A DNA stretch of 64,000 bases, from contig CAWBOC010000006.1 of NCBI GenBank assembly GCA_963790305.1, positions 96,001 to 160,000 of the forward strand, given 5' to 3'. The notes beneath the pieces are model-generated. The model ran no database searches, was not told where the DNA came from, and saw only the letters and a program-made list of their open reading frames with translations. The position numbers and the translations under genes were made by a program. This document shows positions 23,989 to 33,704 of this stretch, piece after piece. Origin of the DNA: an uncultured Gemmatimonadaceae bacterium (lineage in GTDB: Bacteria; Gemmatimonadota; Gemmatimonadetes; Gemmatimonadales; Gemmatimonadaceae). Position 1 is the stretch's first letter. Each line of letters starts with the position of its first letter.

Positions 23989-24108
23989 GAACGACAAAGA
24001 CGTCAGATGTCAGAATGCAGATTTCAGGAACGGCACACGCCCGCCGCGCCACGGGGGGTCATCCGAGCGCTGAATTCTGCACTCTGATATCTGACGTCTT
24101 TGCCGTTC
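23989..24108. repeat. 39-bp inverted repeat with 7-nt periodic arms and 42-nt spacer
   Basis: 23989-24027 versus the reverse complement of 24070-24108: 35/39 identical; units GTCAGAT GTCAGAA TGCAGAT TTCAG. Confidence 0.9.
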
Positions 24109-24145
24109 TCCAACTAGTTTACCCGCGCCCGTAACCCGCCCGAGG

Positions 24146-25833
24146 ATGCTCGTGCCCAACGTTCCCACCGACATCGAGATCGCACAGCGCGCGAAACCGC
24201 GCCCGATCGTTGATATCGCCGCGGACATCGGTCTGTCCCCCGATGACCTCGATCTGTACGGGAAGTACAAGGCAAAGGTCCCCCTCGAGATTTCCTCGCG
24301 ACCACCGCGCGGGCGGCTCGTGCTCGTCACCGGGATCAATCCAACCGCCGCGGGAGAAGGGAAGAGCACCGTCACGGTCGGCGTCACGCAGGCGTTCCGG
24401 CGTCTCGGAGTCAACGCCGTGATGTGCATGCGGGAGCCAAGCCTCGGTCCCGTCTTCGGCGTGAAGGGCGGTGCGGCAGGCGGGGGGTACGCGCAGGTCA
24501 TTCCGATGGAGGACATCAACCTCCACTTCACCGGAGACTTTCACGCGATCTCGAGCGCGCACGCTCTGCTGTCGGCGATGATCGACAATCATCTCCACCA
24601 CGGCAACTGCGCTCGGGCTCGATCCGCGCCGCATCACGCTGGCCGCGGACTATCGACATGAACGATCGCGCGCTCCGGGATTGCGTCATCGGATTGGGCG
24701 GCGTCGCCAACGGCATCGCGCGCGAAGAGCGGTGGGTCATCATTCCCGCCAGCGAGGTAATGGCCATCGTCGCGCTTGCGACGAGCCGGCAGGATCTCGA
24801 GGAGCGCCTGGGGAGGATCATCGTCGGCGCGACCGCGGGCGCCAAGCGAACACCGGTGCGCGCGCGCGACTTGAAGGCCGCTGGCGCAATGACGCTCCTC
24901 CTCAAGGATGCGATCAGACCCAATCTCGTGCAGACGCTCGAGGGCGGGCCCGCTTTCGTTCATGCGGGCCCGTTCGGCAACATCGCCCATGGTTGCAACA
25001 GCATCCTCGCCACGAAAGCGGCGCTCGCGCTCGCCGACATCGTCGTCACCGAGGCGGGCTTCGGCTCCGATCTTGGGGCGGAGAAGTTCCTCGACATCAA
25101 GTGCCGCTTCGGCGGCCTTACGCCCGAAGCGGCGGTGCTCGTGGCTACGGTGCGCGCGCTCAAGCTCAATGGCGGCGCCGACAAGAAGCAGCTCGGCACC
25201 GAAGACCTTGCCGCCCTCGAGCGCGGCCTCCCGAATCTCGACAAGCACATCGAGAACGTGCGACAGTTCGGCCTCCCCGTCGTCGTCGCGCTCAACCGGT
25301 TCGTGACCGACAGCGAGCGCGAGCTCACGATGGTAGCCGACCGCGCACGCGCGGCGGGCGCGCGAATCGCACTCACCGAAGTCTGGGAAAAGGGAGGGGC
25401 CGGGGGCGAGGCGCTCGCGCGTGAGGTCCAGGCAATACTCGGCGAGCGGGAAGGCGGCGCTACGCGCCGCTTGTACGACGCGTCGCGGCCGATCAAGGAG
25501 AAGATCGAGACCATCGTCCGCAAGGTGTACGGCGGTGACGGTGCGGACTACGCCCCCAAGGCCGATCGCGCCATCGAGTATCTTGAATCGATCGGACTCG
25601 GCGGCACTCCGGTCTGCATGGCGAAGACGCAGTATTCACTCACCGACGATGCAACGAAGCTCGGCCGGCCCACCGGGTTCCGGGTGACGATCAACGATGT
25701 GTATCCTTCGGCGGGTGCGGGCTTCGTGGTCGCGCAGGCGGGGGATATCATGACCATGCCGGGGCTTCCCAAGGAGCCGGCGGCGGAGCGTATGGCCATT
25801 CAAGCCGATGGCCAGATCGTCGGACTCTTTTAA
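24146..25833 (+). CDS. fhs: Formate--tetrahydrofolate ligase (frameshifted near 24608-24640, probable errors)
   Basis: [47 protein letters not shown]. Confidence 0.93.
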
Positions 25834-25842
25834 GGAGGAGCC

Positions 25843-26235
25843 GTGAGCGTTAGGCGGGTCACGACGGCGAACGCGCCGCAGGCGATCGGTCCCTACTCGC
25901 AGGGCGTCATCGCGAACGGGCTGCTCTTCACCGCGGGTCAGATCGCGATCGACCCGCAGACCGGTCGCCTCGTGGAAGGGGGCTTCGCCGAGCAGACGGA
26001 GCGCGTCCTCAGCGAACCTGAGCGCCGTCCTCGAAGCCGCCGGCGCCAGCTGGGCGGACGTGGTGAAGACCACCGTGTACCTGCACGACATGGCCGACTT
26101 CCCGACGTTCAACGACATGTATGCCCGGCACATCGGCGACGCCCGCCCCGCGCGCTCGACTGTGCAGGCCGCCGGCCTGCCACGCGGCGCCCTCGTCGAA
26201 ATAGATGCTGTCGTTAGGGTCGCATCCTTGATCGC
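25843..26235 (+). CDS. ridA: RidA/YjgF family deaminase (frameshift near 26010; 3' end approximate)
   Basis: APQAIGPYSQ, GQIAIDP, VVKTTVYL, PARSTVQ..LPRGALVEID. Confidence 0.85.
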
Positions 26236-26261
26236 CTACCACCTCGAGCGCCTCGACTACC

Positions 26262-27304
26262 ATGCCCCCCAACAACACACGCGACCAGCTCTTCCGGCTC
26301 ACCGCCTTCGCCCGCTGCGCGGGTTGAGCCGCCAAGATGGGTCCGGGCGACCTTGCGCGTGCCCTGGCCCCGCTTCCGCATCGCGATGATCCGCGCTGCT
26401 CGTCGGGCGTGAGACGTTCGATGATGCGGGAGTCTTTCTCGTGTCCGACGATCTCGCGCTGGTCCAGACGGTGGATTTCTTTGCGCCGATCGTCGACGAC
26501 CCCTACACCTTCGGCCGCATCGCCGCCGCGAACGCGCTGTCGGACGTGTATGCCATGGGGGGCGAGCCGCTCACCGCGCTCAACATCGTCGGCTTTCCCG
26601 CCAGCGCCGCTCCACTCGAGGTGCTCACTGAGATTCTGCGCGGCGGCCAGGACGCGGTGCACGAGGCGGGCGCGCTCATCGTCGGCGGGCATAGCATCAT
26701 CGATGAGGAGATCAAGTACGGCCTCGCCGTCACCGGACGCGCCGATCCACGCCGCCTCCTCACGAACGCCGCCGCGAAGGCGGGTGATCGACTCGTTCTC
26801 ACCAAGCCGCTCGGCACCGGGCTGCTCTCGACGGCCGCCAAGTCGCGAGCGGTCCCGGAAGACATGTACCGCGAAATGATCGCTTCGATGTCCGCGCTGA
26901 ACCGCGATGCGAGTCGCGCCGCCCTCGCGCTGGGTGCGACGTGCGCGACCGACATCACCGGCTTTGGGCTGCTCGGACACGCATCGCACATTGCGCGGGC
27001 GAGCGACGTCTCGCTCGAGATTCGGGCGCGGGACGTCCCCGCGCTGCGCGGCGCACGCGAGGCGTGGCGCGATGGTGCTCGGACGGGCGGCGCCGAGCGC
27101 AACGTCCGCTATCTCGAGTCGCTCGTGCGATGGGGCACCGTGAGTGCCGAGGATCGCGCGCTGCTCACCGACCCGCAAACATCGGGCGGGCTCCTCATCG
27201 CGCTGCCAGCCGCCGCGGCGCGCGATTACATTGCGCGGGTGGCCGGCGCCGTGGAGATCGGCGCCGTCATCACACGCGGGACGCACGCGATCGTTCTCGC
27301 GTAA
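26262..27304 (+). CDS. selD: Selenophosphate synthetase, selenoprotein (TGA 26325-26327 = Sec; one frameshift near 26395-26420)
   Basis: MPPNNTRDQLFRLTAFARCAG-U-AAKMGP; QTVDFF, AANALSDVYAMG, TDITGFGLLGH, DPQTSGGLL. Confidence 0.92.
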
Positions 27305-27308
27305 GCGT

Positions 27309-27405
27309 GGGGGCGGATGGGGCCTGGTGGCTTCCCTGGTCTTCAAAACCAGTGTGACCTGACCACGTCGGGTTGGGTGGGTTCGATTCCCGCACGCTCC
27401 CGCCA
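27309..27405 (+). tRNA. selC: tRNA-Sec (UCA)
   Basis: Anticodon loop CTTCAAA, 6-bp D stem, long variable arm, 8/5 acceptor/T stems, GCCA end. Confidence 0.93.
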
Positions 27406-27431
27406 CGCGATCCTCGAACCGTCTCTCTGAC

Positions 27432-28011
27432 ATGCGAACTCTCGCGCTGCCCGCGCTCGGCGTCCTTCTCGCGGTGTCGGCGGTCGGCGCTCAGGTCCCG
27501 GCCGATACCGTGCGTGCGGACAGTGCGCGAGCCGACAGCGCTCGCGCCGCGGTTGTCGTCCGCGCCGGTCGCCGTCAGCCGCGACACGGTGAGCGGTCCG
27601 CCGATCTCCCCGCGGAGTGCCTTCCTGAGATCGCTGATCGTCCCTGGCTTGGGACAGGCGGCGCTCGACCGCGGAACGGCGGGCGGCATCTTCGTTTCGC
27701 TCGAGGCCCTTTCGCTCCTCATGACGATCAAATCGAAGCGGGATCTGCGTGTCGCTCGTCGCCTCGAGGCAGACAGCGTGTTCTCTGGCTTCGGACCTCA
27801 GGGCGACACCGTGTTTGTCGCGAGTCCAGTCGCCGGTCGCGTGCGAGCGCGCAAGCAGCATGTCGAGGATTGGGTGGCCTTGTTGATTTTCAATCACCTG
27901 TTCGCGGCGGCCGACGCGTTCGTTGCCGCGCAACTGTGGGACGTTCCTGCGCGCGTCTCCGTGACGCGTGACGGCGACAACACTCGGCTCACAGCGACCG
28001 TTCAATGGTGA
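27432..28011 (+). CDS. Secreted/membrane hypothetical protein, DUF5683-like (frameshift near 27550)
   Basis: Signal peptide in the 27432 frame; SPRSAFLRSLIVPGLGQ and ADAFVAAQL in the 27373 frame. Confidence 0.6.
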
Positions 28012-28824
28012 TGGCGACCGGGAATGCGAGCGCGCCGGTCGGCGTCTTCGACTCGGGCATTGGCGGGCTCACCGTCGTGCGCGAGCTCATGCGACAGCTG
28101 CCTGACGAGCGCATCATCTACTTTGGCGACACGGCTCGCGTCCCGTACGGTCCCAAGAGCCCGGATACCGTCCGACGCTACGCCCGCGAGATCGCGACCT
28201 GGCTTCAGCACCAGGGTGTGAAGACGATCGTCGTCGCGTGCAATACGGCGACGGCGCATGCGCTGGAAACGCTGACGCAGGAGTTCGACTTTCCGATCAT
28301 CGGCGTCGTCGAGCCCGGCGCGCGCGCCGCGGTGCGCGCATCCCACGGCGGCGCGATCGGGGTCATTGGCACGGCGGGGACGATCGGGTCAGGCGCGTAC
28401 GAGCGCGCGATCCGCACGCTTGCACCACAGGCTCGAATCGCGGCACGCGCATGCCCGTTGTTCGTACCGCTCGTGGAGGAGGGATGGCTCGACCGCGATG
28501 CCACCCGGCTCATCGCCGACGAGTATCTGGTCCCGCTCCGCAGACGAGCAGGTGGACACCCTGGTCCTCGGCTGCACACACTACCCGCTGCTCAAGCCGT
28601 TGATCGCCGAGGTGATGGGCCGCGAGGTCGAGCTCATCGACAGCGCCCATGAGACGGCCGCGGAAACCGCGCGCGTTCTCGACCAACGCGGACTTCGTGC
28701 GGAGGGCCGCCTAACGTGCCAGCACCGCTTCGTTGCCTCCGACGCGGCGGAGCAATTCCTACGGATGGGCCAGCGCTTTCTCGGGACGGCGATCGATCGC
28801 GTCGAGACGGTGACCCTCGGCTGA
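28005..28824 (+). CDS. murI: Glutamate racemase (frameshift near 28540)
   Basis: FDSGIGGLTV, GDTARVPYG, ACNTA, LGCTHYP. Confidence 0.93.
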
Positions 28825-29544
28825 GTCCTCCCACGAGCGCAGCTCCACGCGCTCCGGCGTCACCACCAGATACGTCGGCGCATCGAGCCACGAGCCCGCG
28901 TTCGCGTACACGCTTCCGTTCGACAGGCGCTCCAGCGCCGGCACATGCGAATGTCCAAAGACGAGAAGGTCGAGGTCGGGCCGGGCCTCGAGAGTCGCCC
29001 GAGCGACCGAGCGCAATCCCGCCCCGGCATCGCGCGCCCGATAGGTACGACTGGCCGTCGACGAGCCCCGCGCCAGGCGCGTCCCCCAATCAGGATGCAG
29101 CCACCGGAACGCCCGCATCGACAGCGGATGACGCAAGACGCGGCGCAAGGCGCGGTACTTTCGATCCTCTCGCGCGCGGAGCCCATCACCATGATCGATG
29201 CGTGTGCGCCATCCGGCTGCCGACCCTTCCCAGGCGCCGAGCTGGTATCGAACGCCGACGTCGCGGGAGAGAAACTCGCCGCCCCAGCAGTCATGATTGC
29301 CCGCGACCATGAGGACGTCGACACCGGCGTCTCGCAGATCGGCGAGGGCAGCCAACGTTCGGAAGTGGTCGCGCGGAATTACCGTTCGCCACTCGAACCA
29401 GAAATCGAACAGGTCGCCATTGATGACCAGCGTCCTGGCCTGCGCCGGGACGTGGCGCAGGAAGGAGACGAGTCGACGCTCGAGGTCGAGCGGTCCGACA
29501 CCGAGATGCGTGTCCCCAATGATGTAGCACGGCGAGGCGAGCAC
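28759..29544 (-). CDS. lpxH: UDP-2,3-diacylglucosamine diphosphatase (LpxH-like)
   Basis: DTHLG, GDLFDFW, GNHD, HGD, FGHSH. Confidence 0.8.
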   Translation of the reverse strand: MLASPCYIIGDTHLGVGPLDLERRLVSFLRHVPAQARTLVINGDLFDFWFEWRTVIPRDHFRTLAALADLRDAGVDVLMVAGNHDCWGGEFLSRDVGVRYQLGAWEGSAAGWRTRIDHGDGLRAREDRKYRALRRVLRHPLSMRAFRWLHPDWGTRLARGSSTASRTYRARDAGAGLRSVARATLEARPDLDLLVFGHSHVPALERLSNGSVYANAGSWLDAPTYLVVTPERVELRSWEDSAEGHRLDAIDRRPEKALAHP

Positions 29545-29550
29545 GCGGTC

Positions 29551-29579
29551 ATTCTATCGACCATTCACTCGCTTTACAA
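29551..29579 (-). promoter_or_regulatory. sigma70-type promoter, probably giving a leaderless lpxH mRNA
   Basis: Minus strand TTGTAA-17nt-TAGAAT, 6 nt before the GTG start. Confidence 0.6.
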
Positions 29580-29810
29580 ACCAATTCGCACGACGAATTT
29601 CCGCCGCCGTGGCTCGCGAATCCTGGTGCACCGCCTCGGGAGTGCCACCATCGCGTGGCGGGAGACCGCCAGGGCGAACGAGCACGAGCGGCGTCTGTGG
29701 CCCCGGGAAGGGGAGCCTCCCCCTCCACGGAGAGAGCCCGTGCCCCTACCTTAGAGTAGCTCGTCTCCCAGGGCCGTGCCCTGGTTTCCTGTCACTCCGT
29801 GGTGGTGGTC

Positions 29811-30864
29811 ATGTCCGCTAAGCGGTTCATCGAGCCAGTCGCGCCGTCGGCGTCCGCCGCGCCTGCCACATCCGAGGCCGGGCCGCGCCTCCACCGGGCC
29901 GAGCCTTCGGACCACCCTGCGCGCAACCCTGGCGTACCACTCGATCTGGACATCGTGCGCGCCATCCGCGTGAACCGGAGTGCCGTCGAGCGACGGGCCG
30001 CCACGATTCCGACACGGCGCACGGTGAAGAAGCAGTGGCAGGCGGCGTGGCTGCTGCGCGGCGATCACCCTCATGGATCTGACCACGCTCTCGGGCGACG
30101 ATACGCCGGGCACGGTGCGGCGCCTGTGCGCGAAAGCGCGGCGCCCGCTGCGCGACGACCTGGCGAGAGCGTTAGGCGTCGACGAGCTCGGCATCACGGT
30201 CGCCGCGGTCTGCGTGTACCACGCGATGGTTCCGACGGCCGTCGAGGCGCTCGCCGGCACCAATGTTCCGGTGGCCGCTGTGTCCACGGGTTTCCCCGCC
30301 GGCCTCAGCCCACTCGAGGAGCGAATCGCCGAGATCCGCGCTTCCGTGGCCGCGGGAGCGCGCGAAATCGACGTCGTCATCACCCGCGCCCACGTGCTCA
30401 CCGGGAACTACACGGCGCTCTACGACGAAGTGCACCAGTTCCGCGAGGCGTGCGGCGACGCCCACATGAAGGCGATCCTCGCGACCGGGGAGCTCGGCAC
30501 GTTAGGCAACGTGGCACGCGCCAGCATGGTGGCGATGCAGGCCGGCGCCGACTTCATCAAGACATCGACGGGGAAGGAGGGAGTGAACGCGACGCTGCCC
30601 TTCGCCCTCGTCATGTGCCGAATGATCCGCGAATACCACGAGCGCACCGGCTACGCCGTCGGCTTCAAGCCCGCCGGCGGTATCCGGTCGGCGAAGACGG
30701 CGCTCGAGTACCTGTACCTGATGAAGGACGAGCTCGGGGACCGGTGGCTGCGTGCCGACCTGTTCCGCTTCGGCGCCAGCACGCTGCTCACCGACATCGA
30801 GCGGCAGCTCGAGCACTTCGTCACGGGACGCTACGCGGCGGCGTACCGCATGCCGATGCCCTAG
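29811..30864 (+). CDS. deoC: Deoxyribose-phosphate aldolase (frameshift near 30060)
   Basis: DLTTLSGDDT, TGFPAG, ADFIKTSTGKE, GFKPAGGIR, FRFGAS. Confidence 0.92.
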
Positions 30865-30872
30865 AGGATGAG

Positions 30873-33272
30873 ATGACTACCGTCCAGGAGATCTTCGAGA
30901 CCATGGAGTACGGCCCCGCGCCGGAGTCGGATGCGGAAGCCCGACAGTGGCTCGCGTCGCACGCGGGGCTGTTCGGGCATTTCATCGACGGAGCGTGGAC
31001 GACCCCGGGAAAAGCCTTCGAGGTCATCGATCCGTCGACCGCGGCCGTGCTTGCGCGCGTGTCGCAGGGAACGCAGGGCGACGTGGACGCCGCCGTCGCG
31101 GCCGCGCGGCGGGCTTTCCCCGCGTGGATGGGCCTCTCGGGGCACGCGCGCGCACGACACCTGTACGCGCTCGCGCGCGAGGTCCAAAAGCACTCCCGAC
31201 TTCTTGCCGTCGTCGAGAGCATGGACAACGGCAAGTCGATTCGCGAGACGCGCGACCTCGACATCCCGCTCGTCGCCCGGCATTTCTACCACCACGCGGG
31301 ATGGGCGCAGCTATTCGAAAGCGAGTTCGCCGGATACACGTCCGTCGGCGTCATCGGTCAGATCATTCCGTGGAACTTCCCGCTGCTCATGCTGGCGTGG
31401 AAGGTCGCGCCAGCGCTCGCGGCGGGAAACACGGTCGTGCTCAAGCCGGCGGAATTCACGCCGCTCACCGCGCTGCTCTTTGCCGAGATCGCGGCCGGGG
31501 CGGGTCTTCCCGCCGGGGTGCTCAACATCGTGACCGGCGACGGCGAGACGGGAAAGTACATCGTCGAGCACGCCAACGTCGACAAGATCGCGTTCACGGG
31601 CTCGACGGAAGTCGGACGCATCATCCGCCGCGCCACGGCGGGGAGCGGCAAGAAGCTCTCGCTCGAGCTCGGCGGGAAGAGTCCCTTCATCGTCTACGAC
31701 GATGCCGACCTCGATAGCGTCGTCGAGGGGGTAGTGGACGCGATCTGGTTCAACCAGGGGCAGGTGTGCTGTGCTGGCTCCCGCCTCCTCGTGCAGGAAG
31801 GCATCGCCGATCGTCTCGTCGCGAAGCTGCGCGCGCGCATGGAGAAGCTGCGCATAGGCCGGCCGCTCGACAAAGCGATCGACATGGGCGCGATCGTCGC
31901 GCCGGTGCAGCTCGAGCGCATTCGCGGGCTCGTGCAGCGTGGCGTAGATGAGGGAGCGACGATGTGGCAGCCGTCGTGGGCCTGTCCGACGGACGGCTAC
32001 TTCTACCCGCCCACGTTGTTCACCGACGTCCAGCCCTCATCGACGATCGCGCAGGTCGAGATCTTCGGCCCTGTCCTCGTCACGATGACTTTCCGCACTC
32101 CCGAGGAGTCGGTCGCGCTCGCGAACAACACGCCGTTCGGGCTCGCGGCGAGCATCTGGACGGAGAGCATCAACCTCGCCCTCGACATCGCGCCGAAGAT
32201 CAAGGCCGGCGTCGTCTGGATCAACTCGACGAATCTGTTTGACGGGTCGAGCGGGTTCGGTGGATATCGGGAGAGCGGTTTCGGCCGCGAGGGTGGGCGC
32301 GAGGGGATGTGGGAGTACGTGAAGGCGGTAGAGACGGGGACGCCGAATGAGACACGGGGGAGATCGGAACGCATCCCCAGCCATGTCCCCGAGCCTAACG
32401 GCGGGCAGCGGTCGACGTCGGTCCCGCCGATCAATCGTACCCCGAAGCTGTTCATCGGCGGGAAGCAGACGCGCCCCGATCAGGGGTACGTCCGGCGAGT
32501 TCTCACGCCTGGCGGAACGCAGCTAGGGGAGGTTGGCGAAGGAAACCGCAAGGACATTCGCAACGCCGTCGAGGCGGCACACGCGGCGTGGAAAGGGTGG
32601 GGAAAGGCGACCGGGCATTTGCGCGGGCAGATCCTGTACTACATCGGTGAGAACCTCGCGGCACGTGGCGGCGAGTTCGCGCGCCGCATCGACGAGCAGA
32701 CCGGGTGTGGCGAAGAGGAGGCAGTGCGCGAAGTGGACGTCGCCATTTCGCGGCTCTTCACCTACGCCGCGTGGGCCGACAAGTACGACGGCGCGGTGCA
32801 CAACGTGCCGATCCGCGGGGTCGCGCTCGCGATGAACGAGCCGATCGGCGTCCTCGGCATCGCGTGCCCCGACGAGCGTCCGCTGCTCGGCTTCGTCTCG
32901 CTCGTGGCCCCGGCGATCGCGGTGGGGAATGCGACGGTCGTAATTCCGTCGGAGCCGCACCCCCTCTCGGCCACCGACTTCTACAGCGTGCTCGAGACGT
33001 CCGACGTCCCGGGCGGAGTCGTCAACATCGTCACCGGTGCGAAAGACGCGCTCGCGCGAGTCCTCGCCGAGCATGATGACGTGGAGGCGGCGTGGTACTT
33101 CGGTGGCCTCGCGGGCGTGAAGATGGTCGAGGAGGCGTCAGCCGTGAACATGAAGCGGACCTGGGCCACGTGGCATAGCCGCGACTGGCTCGACTCCCGC
33201 CATGGCGAGGGACGCGAGTTCCTCCGCGAGGCGACGCAGGTCAAGAACATCTGGGTGCCGTACGGCGAGTAA
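30873..33272 (+). CDS. Aldehyde dehydrogenase, ALDH16-type two-domain
   Basis: PWNFP, FTGSTEVG, LELGGKSP, GQVCCAG, EIFGPV, plus a second Rossmann-like domain. Confidence 0.9.
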   Translation: MTTVQEIFETMEYGPAPESDAEARQWLASHAGLFGHFIDGAWTTPGKAFEVIDPSTAAVLARVSQGTQGDVDAAVAAARRAFPAWMGLSGHARARHLYALAREVQKHSRLLAVVESMDNGKSIRETRDLDIPLVARHFYHHAGWAQLFESEFAGYTSVGVIGQIIPWNFPLLMLAWKVAPALAAGNTVVLKPAEFTPLTALLFAEIAAGAGLPAGVLNIVTGDGETGKYIVEHANVDKIAFTGSTEVGRIIRRATAGSGKKLSLELGGKSPFIVYDDADLDSVVEGVVDAIWFNQGQVCCAGSRLLVQEGIADRLVAKLRARMEKLRIGRPLDKAIDMGAIVAPVQLERIRGLVQRGVDEGATMWQPSWACPTDGYFYPPTLFTDVQPSSTIAQVEIFGPVLVTMTFRTPEESVALANNTPFGLAASIWTESINLALDIAPKIKAGVVWINSTNLFDGSSGFGGYRESGFGREGGREGMWEYVKAVETGTPNETRGRSERIPSHVPEPNGGQRSTSVPPINRTPKLFIGGKQTRPDQGYVRRVLTPGGTQLGEVGEGNRKDIRNAVEAAHAAWKGWGKATGHLRGQILYYIGENLAARGGEFARRIDEQTGCGEEEAVREVDVAISRLFTYAAWADKYDGAVHNVPIRGVALAMNEPIGVLGIACPDERPLLGFVSLVAPAIAVGNATVVIPSEPHPLSATDFYSVLETSDVPGGVVNIVTGAKDALARVLAEHDDVEAAWYFGGLAGVKMVEEASAVNMKRTWATWHSRDWLDSRHGEGREFLREATQVKNIWVPYGE

Positions 33273-33275
33273 CAC

Positions 33276-33704
33276 GTGTCCGTAACAGCGCCGGTGACGC
33301 GCGTCGAGTTCCGCGTGCGGTACGCCGAGACCGATCGCATGGGTGTGGTGTACCACGGCAACTACCTCGTGTGGTGCGAGATTGGCCGTACCGAGCACAT
33401 GCGGCACTTCGGTGTACCCTATCGAGAGATGGAGGAGCGAGGCGTCTCTCTTGCGGTAGCCGAGGCTAGTATTCGCTACCAGAAGCCCGCTCGCTACAAT
33501 GATCTCATCCGCGTGGAGACGACACTCGCCAATGTGTCCTCGCGCACCGTTACTTTCGACTACGCGGTCCTGAATGCGGATTCCAACGATCGCCTGGCTA
33601 CGGCGCGCACCACGCTCGTGTCGCTCGACGCGAGTAGCCGGGTGGCCACGATTCCGGCCGAGTTTCGACCCATGCTGCGCCGCGCGGCGGGCCTCTCGGA
33701 GTAG
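33276..33704 (+). CDS. Acyl-CoA thioesterase (YbgC/4HBT family)
   Basis: VRYAETDRMGVVYHGNYL. Confidence 0.9.
   Translation: MSVTAPVTRVEFRVRYAETDRMGVVYHGNYLVWCEIGRTEHMRHFGVPYREMEERGVSLAVAEASIRYQKPARYNDLIRVETTLANVSSRTVTFDYAVLNADSNDRLATARTTLVSLDASSRVATIPAEFRPMLRRAAGLSE

Noticed and set aside
28759..28824. Convergent 3' overlaps (murI/lpxH; also gatB/phospholipase at 8084-8114)
   Set aside because: Short tail overlaps are common in compact high-GC genomes
29580..29810. Riboswitch or ncRNA upstream of deoC
   Set aside because: Only short GC hairpins (e.g. GGCGG-GAGA-CCGCC) and no recognisable aptamer consensus; an Rfam cmscan would settle it
29799..33272. 1157-aa ORF suggesting a DeoC-ALDH fusion
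   Set aside because: Artefact of one inserted base near 30060; DeoC continues in another frame to its own stop at 30864 and the ALDH has its own RBS and ATG at 30873
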